42,076 bases of DNA, taken from the NCBI GenBank assembly GCA_037140315.1, contig JBAXES010000001.1, positions 1 to 42,076 on the forward strand, given 5' to 3'. This document shows, one piece after another, positions 27,897-36,461 of this stretch. This DNA is from Chloroflexales bacterium (GTDB lineage Bacteria; Chloroflexota; Chloroflexia; Chloroflexales; Chloroflexaceae). The position numbers were made by a program, and so were the translations under genes. The notes under the pieces are model-generated. The model did no database searches and had not been told where the DNA came from. It worked only from the letters and a program-made list of their open reading frames with translations. How positions within the stretch are numbered: position 1 is the first letter of the stretch; every line of letters starts with the position of its first letter.

Positions 27897-27937
27897 GGGG
27901 TTATACAAGTCTCGTCTTTTGTGGTTTGTATAACCCC
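27897..27937. repeat. Perfect 12-bp inverted repeat
   Basis: GGGGTTATACAA-17 nt-TTGTATAACCCC. Confidence 0.8.
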
Positions 27938-27943
27938 ACCTTA

Positions 27944-28060
27944 GGCATGTTTCAATCCAGCTTGACAGCTTGACAGTTCGTAGTGGGCGCTTTAGCGCCT
28001 GTGCGGCTGAAGCCGCCACTACGAACTGTCAAGCTGGATTGGCCGATTTTGAACCATGCC
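27944..28060. mobile_element. 117-bp MITE-like element containing a nested GTAG-type REP-like palindrome
   Basis: Ends GGCATGTTTCAA / TTGAACCATGCC (11/12 inverted match), flanked by TTA on both sides; inner cttgacagttcgtagtgg...ccactacgaactgtcaag inverted repeat. Confidence 0.65.
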
Positions 28061-28066
28061 TTAGCC

Positions 28067-29299
28067 ATGAAATTGGTGAATACCATGATAAAAAAACGCT
28101 ATTACTACGCTATCATCCTTGGCTCAACATCGCCTGAAAAGAATCCAATACCTGAAGCAAAAACTGTTGCGGAGATGCTTGTAAACAGGCTCCTTCCTCA
28201 CTATGATCATGTCTATATGATACTTGACTGCGAGAGTTCATTCGACGATAAGCATCCTAGATTGACGATATTTCAGGCTAAGACAAGCGATGAGGTCATT
28301 CATAACATCATAGAATCAATAAAACTGATCAACAAACAAGACGCTCTCCTCTGGTTTCATTATACAGGGCATGGATATACGGACAAGGAAGGTGCCCAGA
28401 TCTTCGCATGGAAGACTGACGATTACTTTGGGGAATGCAACATACTAAAAAATACGGACGGTGCCTTCGATTGTCGCTTTTTTTCGTTTGACACCTGCCG
28501 CACGGCCATTGGTGTTTCCACTCTCTCATCCGCTCCGATTACTAGCCCTATTCGCTCATCCGCTTCGATTACTAACCCTATTCGCTCATCCGCTTCGATT
28601 ACTAACCCTATATCTTCACGACTAGGAGAATATTGGGGTAAAACACAGCAAAAAAAGGGAGACTTTATCTTGCGAATTGCGGATCCAGCAAAAAAAGCAT
28701 ATGACGGCTTATTTATGGAACTAATCAATAATCTAAAAGTAAGTGATGATATTGGCGAATTTGTAGGTCGATTTAATAACGATAATATAGCAGAAAAGGG
28801 AAATATTCGCAGTATTATACTGCTCCCAGGAAGAAATATCGAAGGAAAGGTAGATGTGGTAAATATCTCGCCAAGTAAAACCTTCAGATCAAGTCATTAT
28901 TTCTGCTGGGTGTACACTTGCGAAGGGATTGTAAGATTAAAGGATGACAGTTTTCCGAATAACCTGATTAGTGAATCTAATCCCATCGAAAAACGTTCTT
29001 TACTCCTCATCTGGCGAGGCGAGATGAGTTCGGTCGGTATCTCCTTTCTTCACGATCCTGTCAACAGTCACGAGCACCTTTCTGACGAAAAGCTTCTCGA
29101 GGTTGTTCACGAGCTATCAAAACAATACCGACATGTTTATGTACTCTTGCAAACATATATGACGGAGAATGATAAAGGCAAAATAAAAAAGAAATTTCTT
29201 AAGAACAGCGTTAAGATTCACATTGAAGACACCGAGAGCTCAGCCGGAACATTTTTGGATAATCTTGCGGAGTACTTTCCAGGTATATTCAAGGAATGA
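28067..29299 (+). CDS. Caspase-like (peptidase C14, clan CD) protein
   Basis: LLWFHYTGHG (His 28370-72) and FFSFDTCR (Cys 28496-98) form a caspase-type dyad; N-terminal YYAIILG strand. Start at 28067 or 28085, since 27983 lies inside the MITE. Confidence 0.75.
   Translation: MKLVNTMIKKRYYYAIILGSTSPEKNPIPEAKTVAEMLVNRLLPHYDHVYMILDCESSFDDKHPRLTIFQAKTSDEVIHNIIESIKLINKQDALLWFHYTGHGYTDKEGAQIFAWKTDDYFGECNILKNTDGAFDCRFFSFDTCRTAIGVSTLSSAPITSPIRSSASITNPIRSSASITNPISSRLGEYWGKTQQKKGDFILRIADPAKKAYDGLFMELINNLKVSDDIGEFVGRFNNDNIAEKGNIRSIILLPGRNIEGKVDVVNISPSKTFRSSHYFCWVYTCEGIVRLKDDSFPNNLISESNPIEKRSLLLIWRGEMSSVGISFLHDPVNSHEHLSDEKLLEVVHELSKQYRHVYVLLQTYMTENDKGKIKKKFLKNSVKIHIEDTESSAGTFLDNLAEYFPGIFKE
28525..28611 (+). 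repeat. 30-bp tandem repeat x~3 (SSASITNPIR)
   Basis: ctcatccgct(t/c)cgattacta(a/g)ccctattcg repeated directly after the putative catalytic Cys. Confidence 0.92.
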
Positions 29300-30705
29300 C
29301 GAACATGGATTATGATTACAGCCCTCTGATGAAGAAATTTCTGAAAGTATCGGCGCTTCCGCCTTCGTCGGTGTGTTCATTTTCAGTAAAGAACGACAGT
29401 CATTCTAATACGTCGATTCTTATCATCTCCTCCAATCCGGAAAAACTTGCGTGGGAGTCTTTTTATCGCCTTGCTCTGTCTGTATATGAGGCTGGATGGC
29501 ATGTTCATGGCGTGTTCAGTTCTGAATACGGCATAATCAAATATCGTGTAGATCATGCTATAGAGTGCATTGGCAATATTAAAGATCGCGTAGGTCATGT
29601 TGTAAAGGCACCGGTGCATCTTGTGTTTGCAGGCGACTGGAAAAAAGATCGGCGATTCGGTGTAGATCATGCATTGCTGAAAATACAGGTAAATCGTGGT
29701 AACAAAAAGGAGGATTACGTATCTTTCCTTCCCGAGCTATTAAAAGAATTCTCACAACATAAACGTACGCTGTATTTTCTTATGCCCGATTTTAGTGTTA
29801 GCGTGAGAGATGTCTACGTTAATGAAATAATTAATACCTACCACAAGGAAGATGCATTCTTAAAAGATCTCCCTGTAATTGGTAAAGAACTCAGGGACTT
29901 GGCTTGTAAAAGTATTACGGAAGTGGCGCATATTTTCACTCTCCCTGCCGAAGGTGATGACTCTAATCTACGGAAAACATTCGATTATTGTCGTGGAATT
30001 CTATTAGAACGACATAGATTTGACAATATCAACGAATTACTAAAGACAAGCGAACGAAAGCTCGTCGTTTGGTTTTGTGCGTTACAAGTATTCTTTCTTG
30101 AGAGCAAAAAGAGTGTTGATGACTGTCTAATTGTATTGTCTGTCCTTAAAAACGATGACGATTGGAAACATTATTGTGATGGTTCTAATTTTGTGCCTCT
30201 TCAGATGCGAAATGCTTTAGAAAAGCTTCTTCTTTCAGGTAATGATACTCTTAGCAAAGAGACTATCCTTAAGTATGATTGGGAAAATATTAGTTCACAT
30301 TACGATGAGGAAGATCATTGGAGAAAGCGGTTTTTTGTAATCGCCCACGATTACAAGAAGGACTTGGAGGACTTACGCATTTTACGCGATGAAGCTGGGA
30401 CGATTGTGTCAGTTTCAAACAAAAACACAGATCTAGTACATTCTCTGGAGTCCAAAGAAGAAGAGATCAAAAAAATACAAGAAGAGAGTGATAGTTCGAA
30501 ACTCAAACTGCAATCCGAACAAGAAAAAGCAAGAGAATTGGAAGAAAAAAATATAGATCTAGTACATTCTCTGGAGTCCAAAGAAGAAGAGATCAAAAAA
30601 ATACAAGGGAAGAATGATCTATTACAAAAAATCAATAGCAGGTATGCTTTTTTTGTCGCTTTGATTATATTGTGGATTATATTGTGGATTGGATTTTTAC
30701 GATGA
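29296..30705 (+). CDS. Hypothetical protein with alpha/beta N-domain, coiled coil and C-terminal TM anchor
   Basis: ATGA overlaps at both ends; E/K-rich coiled coil; tail YAFFVALIILWIILWIGFLR; AT-rich. Confidence 0.8.
   Translation: MTNMDYDYSPLMKKFLKVSALPPSSVCSFSVKNDSHSNTSILIISSNPEKLAWESFYRLALSVYEAGWHVHGVFSSEYGIIKYRVDHAIECIGNIKDRVGHVVKAPVHLVFAGDWKKDRRFGVDHALLKIQVNRGNKKEDYVSFLPELLKEFSQHKRTLYFLMPDFSVSVRDVYVNEIINTYHKEDAFLKDLPVIGKELRDLACKSITEVAHIFTLPAEGDDSNLRKTFDYCRGILLERHRFDNINELLKTSERKLVVWFCALQVFFLESKKSVDDCLIVLSVLKNDDDWKHYCDGSNFVPLQMRNALEKLLLSGNDTLSKETILKYDWENISSHYDEEDHWRKRFFVIAHDYKKDLEDLRILRDEAGTIVSVSNKNTDLVHSLESKEEEIKKIQEESDSSKLKLQSEQEKARELEEKNIDLVHSLESKEEEIKKIQGKNDLLQKINSRYAFFVALIILWIILWIGFLR
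30421..30607 (+). repeat. ~61-bp direct repeat pair in the coiled-coil region
   Basis: 30421-30481 and 30547-30607 both encode KN(T/I)DLVHSLESKEEEIKKIQ. Confidence 0.9.
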
Positions 30706-32525
30706 GGATAAACCTAAGGAAAATCATCACATTAAGAGGTATATTCCTCACTGTTATGGTTTTCGCCGCGATGATTACCCCCTTTCTCCTCAAGAATCGT
30801 GATCAGTCAGTGGTTAAGCGCCTCCAACCGACGATCACAGGGATCCAGGGCGAGCGCAACACTGCGCAGGCTCAGACAACGGCTGTAGCTGGGCAACTTA
30901 CCGAGGAGCAGGCCAGACACGAGACACAAGTTGCCACACTCAAGGCAACGGTTAAGGATCGCGATGCGACAATTGTATCGATCAGCCAAACTGCATCGCC
31001 CACTTCTGTCACTCCGAATCCACCCGCTCCTCAAGGGATAAATTTTGACGGGATTTGCTTGACGGATAATCCTCAACAAGTGACCCCGAATACATCTACC
31101 ACATGGGTTCCTATTGATGGGACGCCCTGGTTGCCGGAGTTCCTCCGTCCTTGGTGTACAGAAGGCATAAAAGGCTATTACAAAACATCAGGAGAGGGGG
31201 GGGGGGTAAGAGTTGAATTTACCCCAAATCAAAAGGATCGCATCAACCAGAACGACGTAATTCTTTACTTGATGATCATGGCTCAGGAGCCGCATGATTC
31301 AATCAATGTCATTTCTGGTATTTCGAGTACCACTGCTGTAGCACAGGTGGAATTTGGGGAGGGGATGGATAGTACAGATCTAAAGCTAGGCTCTAACATC
31401 GGTTTATGGAATCAGCATTTGGATAACGAGATCAGTCAAAATGAACCTAGCTATCTAAGGATCTGGAGCGGTTATTCTGGTGATAATAAAGTTGCGCATC
31501 AGATGCTGGTCACATCGATTCCGCTCAATAGAGGTGTGAATGGCTTCACGATCACTGATACGCATCCACAAGTTGATCTCATGATAGTTGGAGCGATGTT
31601 CGGGCCGAAGCTTGGCGATCAGAACGCCAGATTAAAATATCAACCTGTCTGCAATAGAAATGGTAGTGAAACAAATGATATGATCAGGGTTTTCGAGTCG
31701 AATTCATCGGGTGTTAGTTCGATCTTACTAAGTAGTATAGTGCAAATTCAGAAAGAAGAAACCTCTAATCCTGAGCTTAGAGACCTTGCGATGACCGGTT
31801 GCATCATGATCAAGCCAGTATTGCCGTTGGATTTTTACCTTCTACCTAGTGATCAAACCGGGCGAGATGTAGCCCCACTTGTCTTTTGGGATAAAGTTGT
31901 GCAAACTCGTCCGCTTGATCCTGCACAAGATGGATTTGGTAAACCCGAGCTATCCCTTAATTTCACTACTCCAGTAACAAATGTGCAACGAGTCCATCTC
32001 ATGGTCGGCGCAAGAAATCTTTGCAACCCCGCATGGATAGGTGGAAACGCCTCGCCAACGTACGAACTTATTGCGAAAATCAAGGTCACCTATCAAGATG
32101 GAACCACAAAAGAGAGCGATCTTGCGCCAACTAAAGATAATATTCGTCAGGGACGGTCTGGCATCAGAACATGTGATTATCCTAGCGGAGTCGGAGGAAG
32201 CCGTGACATGCGTGATTTCCATGATCCGAGAGTTCCTGGTCTTCTACCGACACCATCTCACACTGTAGGAACAATAACGACAAGTCCTGGCACGGTGCTG
32301 TTGTCCCAAGAAACCCCAGAGACGGGGGGAGAGGCAGTTGGTCTCTGGGTCGACATTACAAGCATTTCAGTTGACCCAAATAGGCCAATCAAATCAATTA
32401 CGCTGACCGACAACTCGGAGCCGAAGCCAACGGAGCATAATGACCATAATGACAGTGTTGACAGTGTTGATTACAGCGATCCGTACCTCATCCTCTACGG
32501 CGCAGCGCTAGAACTCGCTGACTGA
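30702..32525 (+). CDS. N-terminally anchored extracellular protein with coiled coil and two related beta-rich domains
   Basis: TM GIFLTVMVFAAMITPFLL; Q/T-rich stalk; duplicated beta motifs; ATGA overlap with the previous gene. Confidence 0.8.
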   Translation: MRINLRKIITLRGIFLTVMVFAAMITPFLLKNRDQSVVKRLQPTITGIQGERNTAQAQTTAVAGQLTEEQARHETQVATLKATVKDRDATIVSISQTASPTSVTPNPPAPQGINFDGICLTDNPQQVTPNTSTTWVPIDGTPWLPEFLRPWCTEGIKGYYKTSGEGGGVRVEFTPNQKDRINQNDVILYLMIMAQEPHDSINVISGISSTTAVAQVEFGEGMDSTDLKLGSNIGLWNQHLDNEISQNEPSYLRIWSGYSGDNKVAHQMLVTSIPLNRGVNGFTITDTHPQVDLMIVGAMFGPKLGDQNARLKYQPVCNRNGSETNDMIRVFESNSSGVSSILLSSIVQIQKEETSNPELRDLAMTGCIMIKPVLPLDFYLLPSDQTGRDVAPLVFWDKVVQTRPLDPAQDGFGKPELSLNFTTPVTNVQRVHLMVGARNLCNPAWIGGNASPTYELIAKIKVTYQDGTTKESDLAPTKDNIRQGRSGIRTCDYPSGVGGSRDMRDFHDPRVPGLLPTPSHTVGTITTSPGTVLLSQETPETGGEAVGLWVDITSISVDPNRPIKSITLTDNSEPKPTEHNDHNDSVDSVDYSDPYLILYGAALELAD

Positions 32526-32546
32526 TTTTGCAAGAACAAGGAGTTT

Positions 32547-32975
32547 GTGATGGCAGGTAAAAAATCGAGGCCAGGGCGGCGCAATAGCAACCAGGTACTC
32601 GGCTACGTCGTTTGGAACGCATGCTTCTACGCTGTGGTTGCCGTGCCGCTCGTGTTGGCATGGCTGACACTTAACGGCTTCTTGCCAGCCACATGGGCAT
32701 GGGTCATCGGGATTGTTCTGACCGTGAGTGTAGGCTGGATTCTTACCGCGATCGTGCGCTCGCTCGCCTCTGGGCCGGTCAATCGCTCGGGGTGCGGGGT
32801 GGCGCTTATGTGCTACTGGGCTTCCCCGCTGCTACTAGCGCTTCTCTATTGGCAGGGCGGATTTGATGTACTCGTGATAGGAACATTGATCGTGCCGTTC
32901 ATCATCGTCATGATCGGCATTATGGTGAGTCGGATCAACCCCACTCGTCCAGGTGATCCTTGGCCTAAAAAGTAG
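32547..32975 (+). CDS. Small four-TM membrane protein
   Basis: RBS AAGGAG; four hydrophobic segments. Confidence 0.8.
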   Translation: MMAGKKSRPGRRNSNQVLGYVVWNACFYAVVAVPLVLAWLTLNGFLPATWAWVIGIVLTVSVGWILTAIVRSLASGPVNRSGCGVALMCYWASPLLLALLYWQGGFDVLVIGTLIVPFIIVMIGIMVSRINPTRPGDPWPKK

Positions 32976-33128
32976 AGATGTAAGGGCCCAACCGCTCTTT
33001 CTGGCACTCGCCGCAGCGACGGCTACCTGCGTACGGGTCTGGATCACGGTAGGTGGTGAGCAGGTCTTAGCGAGCGAGCAGTTGATTGAGGTGCGGTGAT
33101 ACCCGCTCCATAGAGTTAGGGTAGATCA

Positions 33129-34535
33129 ATGCCTCGCCCCCACCTCCTCACCCTCATCCTCGATGCCCTGCTGCGCCCGAGCCGTCTCCTGGCCTTTGTT
33201 GCGGGCGGGCCGGGCGCGGGGCAATGGGCCGCGCTGGCGGCCGCAGAAGTGCTCGGAGTGACTGCCGGGCTGATAGCCGGGCTGGGCTTATTTATACCGA
33301 TCGGCACTATCGGGCTGATCGCTGGCACTGGTCTCACGCTAGCGCTGGCGATGTTAACAGCACTTCCGCCTTTTTTCAGCCTCTCCGTTGATCATCCAGC
33401 TGGCGATCGCCTGATCTTCAGCTTCACGCGCACACTGATCGCCCTCGTACCGTTGGCGACTCTGGGGCTGACTCTGATCTTCAGCAGCGAATTTCCCACC
33501 CTCCAGCGCAGTCCGCTCGTGATGTTGCTGGCCACGATGGTGATCGGCGTCTGGCTCGGCGGTACGTTGACTGTCGCGCTGCTGGTCTCGCCACAGCGTA
33601 GTGCGCTCCCGGTGCTGCGCTGGGTCGGCGTCATCGGGTCGTTCCTGATTTGTGCGCTGATCTGGTGGTCGGAGCCGCTGCGTCAGACTGAGGCTGCGCT
33701 CTTCGCGCCGCTGCTGATTGGACTCGGCCTTGGGCTGCTCCGCCCACTGAGCTATCTTTGGGAGGTACCGCTGAGCATTGGCCTAGCCCTGGCGGCTCGC
33801 CTCGGTGCGCCAGCTCACCAGCTGCGCTCACTGCATCCCGTCAGCCTGGACGAGATGGGGCTGATGCCGCTGCCTGGCCTCCCCGCGCTACTTGTTCGCG
33901 CTTGTGCCGTCGATATCACCACGGGTGGCCCGTGGTTGGTTGATGTTGCTGCACATCCAAGCCAGGGGAGCGCGGCACGGCGGGCGCTGGATCGGCTGAT
34001 CCGGAGCGGGCAGGCGCACCCGGTGCTGTTCTGGCTCAGCACGGATGCGGAGGGGGCGGTGTGGCTTGAGCGACTCTGCGCGACGGTGCCGCGCCCGCAC
34101 CCGCTCATCGCGGCCTACGCTGCGCTTGCGGCGGTCGAAGAACCAGCAGCCTGGCCGTCTGCGATTGGGATGCACCGAGAAGCGATCATTGCTGCGACCA
34201 GTTGCCCCGGCGGCGGCGCGGTGCAGGCGCTGCTGGAGGCCGGGGCGCAGGTGCTGGTGTCTGAGCGCTGGCCAGCGGCGATGGCGGCCCTGCGCGCCGC
34301 TCCGATGCCGCTGGTGGTTGCCCCTGACCCGCTCTGGAGTGCGCTGGAGACCGTGCGCGGCTGGTCAGATAACCAGCTTCCCTCGCTACTTTATGATCGT
34401 GCTCACGCTCTCGCGGCGCTATGGGAAATGGCCGATACGCTTGACGGATGGCCGGCGGCGCTGCTCAACGCTATGGCGGAACACCTGGTCTACCTGCTAA
34501 TCGTGGAGCACCGGCGTGGCGCATGGCTGGTATGA
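33129..34535 (+). CDS. Membrane protein: ~6-7 N-terminal TM helices plus helical C-terminal domain
   Basis: Hydrophobic N-half; HPVSLDEMGLMPLPGL motif; Ala-rich helical C-half. Confidence 0.8.
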   Translation: MPRPHLLTLILDALLRPSRLLAFVAGGPGAGQWAALAAAEVLGVTAGLIAGLGLFIPIGTIGLIAGTGLTLALAMLTALPPFFSLSVDHPAGDRLIFSFTRTLIALVPLATLGLTLIFSSEFPTLQRSPLVMLLATMVIGVWLGGTLTVALLVSPQRSALPVLRWVGVIGSFLICALIWWSEPLRQTEAALFAPLLIGLGLGLLRPLSYLWEVPLSIGLALAARLGAPAHQLRSLHPVSLDEMGLMPLPGLPALLVRACAVDITTGGPWLVDVAAHPSQGSAARRALDRLIRSGQAHPVLFWLSTDAEGAVWLERLCATVPRPHPLIAAYAALAAVEEPAAWPSAIGMHREAIIAATSCPGGGAVQALLEAGAQVLVSERWPAAMAALRAAPMPLVVAPDPLWSALETVRGWSDNQLPSLLYDRAHALAALWEMADTLDGWPAALLNAMAEHLVYLLIVEHRRGAWLV

Positions 34536-34574
34536 TGGAGATCGTGTGGCAGTTGCATCGCCCCGAGGATCAGT

Positions 34575-36461
34575 ATGACATCGCCTCCTGCTGCTGAAGA
34601 GACCCTGCGTATCCGGATTCTCCCATCGAAGCACCCGGATCGCTATCAGGTCTCCCTGGACATGCGGGGAGTCCCGCTTCTGGGCGGCCCCGCACTGCGA
34701 CCCAATACGCTCATGACGGGCGCTGATATCCGGCCGCTGCGCCTGGCGTATGAGCAGCAGATCGCGATGCTTCACGAGTTGGAGGTTGTCGGGGCTCCTG
34801 TCCATCCGGCTGACCCAGCCCAGCTGCGCCAGCTTGGGCGGCGGGTTGTCAATCTGCTGCCGACCATGGCACACCAGGGTATTGTCGCGGCCATCCGCCG
34901 TGCGCAGCGCCGCAGGAGCCACCTGCGGATCGTGATTGAGACAACTGCCGAGACGCGCATCTTTCTGGCCGTGCCGTGGGAGCTGATGGTGCTCCCGATC
35001 AAAGGCGAGGGCGACAGTGGCGTGGGAGGTGATGATTTTCTCCTGCAGGATGCGACCGTGAGCTTGGTGCGTCAGGTACGCGGGGCGGGCCAGCAGACGC
35101 CGCCGCAGCTGACGCAGCCTCTGGCGGTGCAGGCGTTCCTCGCTGAGCCGCTCGACGGGACTCCCATCGTGAGCGCCACCACCCGTGAAGCACTTGATCG
35201 GGCGCTCTCCCCAGCGGTCGCTGCCGCATCGTGGTACGCTGGCCCCGGCACCCTCACCGCGATCCAGGAGCGACTGCGATCCAGCAGCCCACACATCCTC
35301 CACCTGCTGTGCCACGGCGAGGAGAGCCCGACCGGATACGGGACGCGCCACGATCTGATCTTCGCCCACCGGGATGGGTTTGTGCAGCGGGTGAGCGCCT
35401 TCGATCTAGCCCCCCTGCTCTCCCTAGCCCCGCAACTCCAGATCGTCGTGATCCAGGCATGTCACTCTGGAACCGTGCCCCGAACGGGCACGATCAATGA
35501 TGCCGCCAATCAGGCTGAGGGCGAGCGACGTACGATTGAGAGCATTGCGCTCACGCTTGTGCGCCAGGGGGTTCCGGCCGTGATCGCGATGCAGGGCGAG
35601 GTCGGGCAGGAGGCCGCCGGCACGTTTGTACAGGTGCTCTACGAGGAGCTTGCGCGGGGGAGCAGCCTTGATCGCGCGGTGGCAGCCAGCCGCGCGGCGA
35701 CGCGTGCGACGCAGGGGGGGATTGATTGGAGCCTCCCGGTCGTCTACCAGGGCAGCGGGTCGGTAGAGGTGGCGACGTGGTATACACGGGTTGCAGATCG
35801 CATCGATGCGGTGATTCGCGAGCCTGCCGCCACCCGCACGTTTCGGGGGGCATTGCTGGCATGGGCGCTGGTGCTCCTGGCGGGAGGGGTGTCACGCTGG
35901 CTGCTCGGGCCAATCAGCGCCGGGGCCGATCTCGCGGCGCTGGCGCGACCGCTTGGGGCCTGGATCGGGGTTGGGCTCGTCGGGCCGGCGATTATCGCCA
36001 CCGCGCAGCGCGGCGCACGTGGCCGGGATGATCTGCCGCTCCCCATGCTGCGCGCGGCGCGGTACGCCCAGTGGGGCGGGGCGTATCTTGGCTATGCGCT
36101 GAGCGGGCTGCTCGGGCTCTCCGGGTGGATCTCGCTGTGGGCGCTCGGTGTGCTCGCGCTGCTGCCCACCCCGCTGCCCCTGGTGATCTTCGTCGGGGTG
36201 CTGCTGGGGGCGCTCGGGTTCAGCTACGTGATCGCGCGATCCCAGTGGCGATCATGCCTCTCGATTGCGCCGGTTGATGACTCGACCTATACCCTCTCGG
36301 CTGTCGCGATTATTATGGTGGCGGCGCTGATCATGATCGGAGCGCCGCTCATGGTGTTCGTGCTCCCCAGCAGCCCTTTCGGCTGGCTGCTCAGCGCCGA
36401 GCCTGCGGCACTGGCTCTCGCAGGCATCATTGTCTCATTCGTCCTGGGTGCCAGCGGGTAG
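34575..36461 (+). CDS. CHAT-domain protease with C-terminal multi-TM domain
   Basis: LAVPWELM, HILHLLCHG, VVIQACHSG, GVPAVIAMQ, DWSLPVVY; about six TM helices at the C-terminus. Confidence 0.92.
   Translation: MTSPPAAEETLRIRILPSKHPDRYQVSLDMRGVPLLGGPALRPNTLMTGADIRPLRLAYEQQIAMLHELEVVGAPVHPADPAQLRQLGRRVVNLLPTMAHQGIVAAIRRAQRRRSHLRIVIETTAETRIFLAVPWELMVLPIKGEGDSGVGGDDFLLQDATVSLVRQVRGAGQQTPPQLTQPLAVQAFLAEPLDGTPIVSATTREALDRALSPAVAAASWYAGPGTLTAIQERLRSSSPHILHLLCHGEESPTGYGTRHDLIFAHRDGFVQRVSAFDLAPLLSLAPQLQIVVIQACHSGTVPRTGTINDAANQAEGERRTIESIALTLVRQGVPAVIAMQGEVGQEAAGTFVQVLYEELARGSSLDRAVAASRAATRATQGGIDWSLPVVYQGSGSVEVATWYTRVADRIDAVIREPAATRTFRGALLAWALVLLAGGVSRWLLGPISAGADLAALARPLGAWIGVGLVGPAIIATAQRGARGRDDLPLPMLRAARYAQWGGAYLGYALSGLLGLSGWISLWALGVLALLPTPLPLVIFVGVLLGALGFSYVIARSQWRSCLSIAPVDDSTYTLSAVAIIMVAALIMIGAPLMVFVLPSSPFGWLLSAEPAALALAGIIVSFVLGASG

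Noticed and set aside
27983-28066. ORF-track N-terminus of the caspase-like protein
   Set aside because: Falls inside the palindromic MITE/REP; ATG 28067 or 28085 is more plausible.
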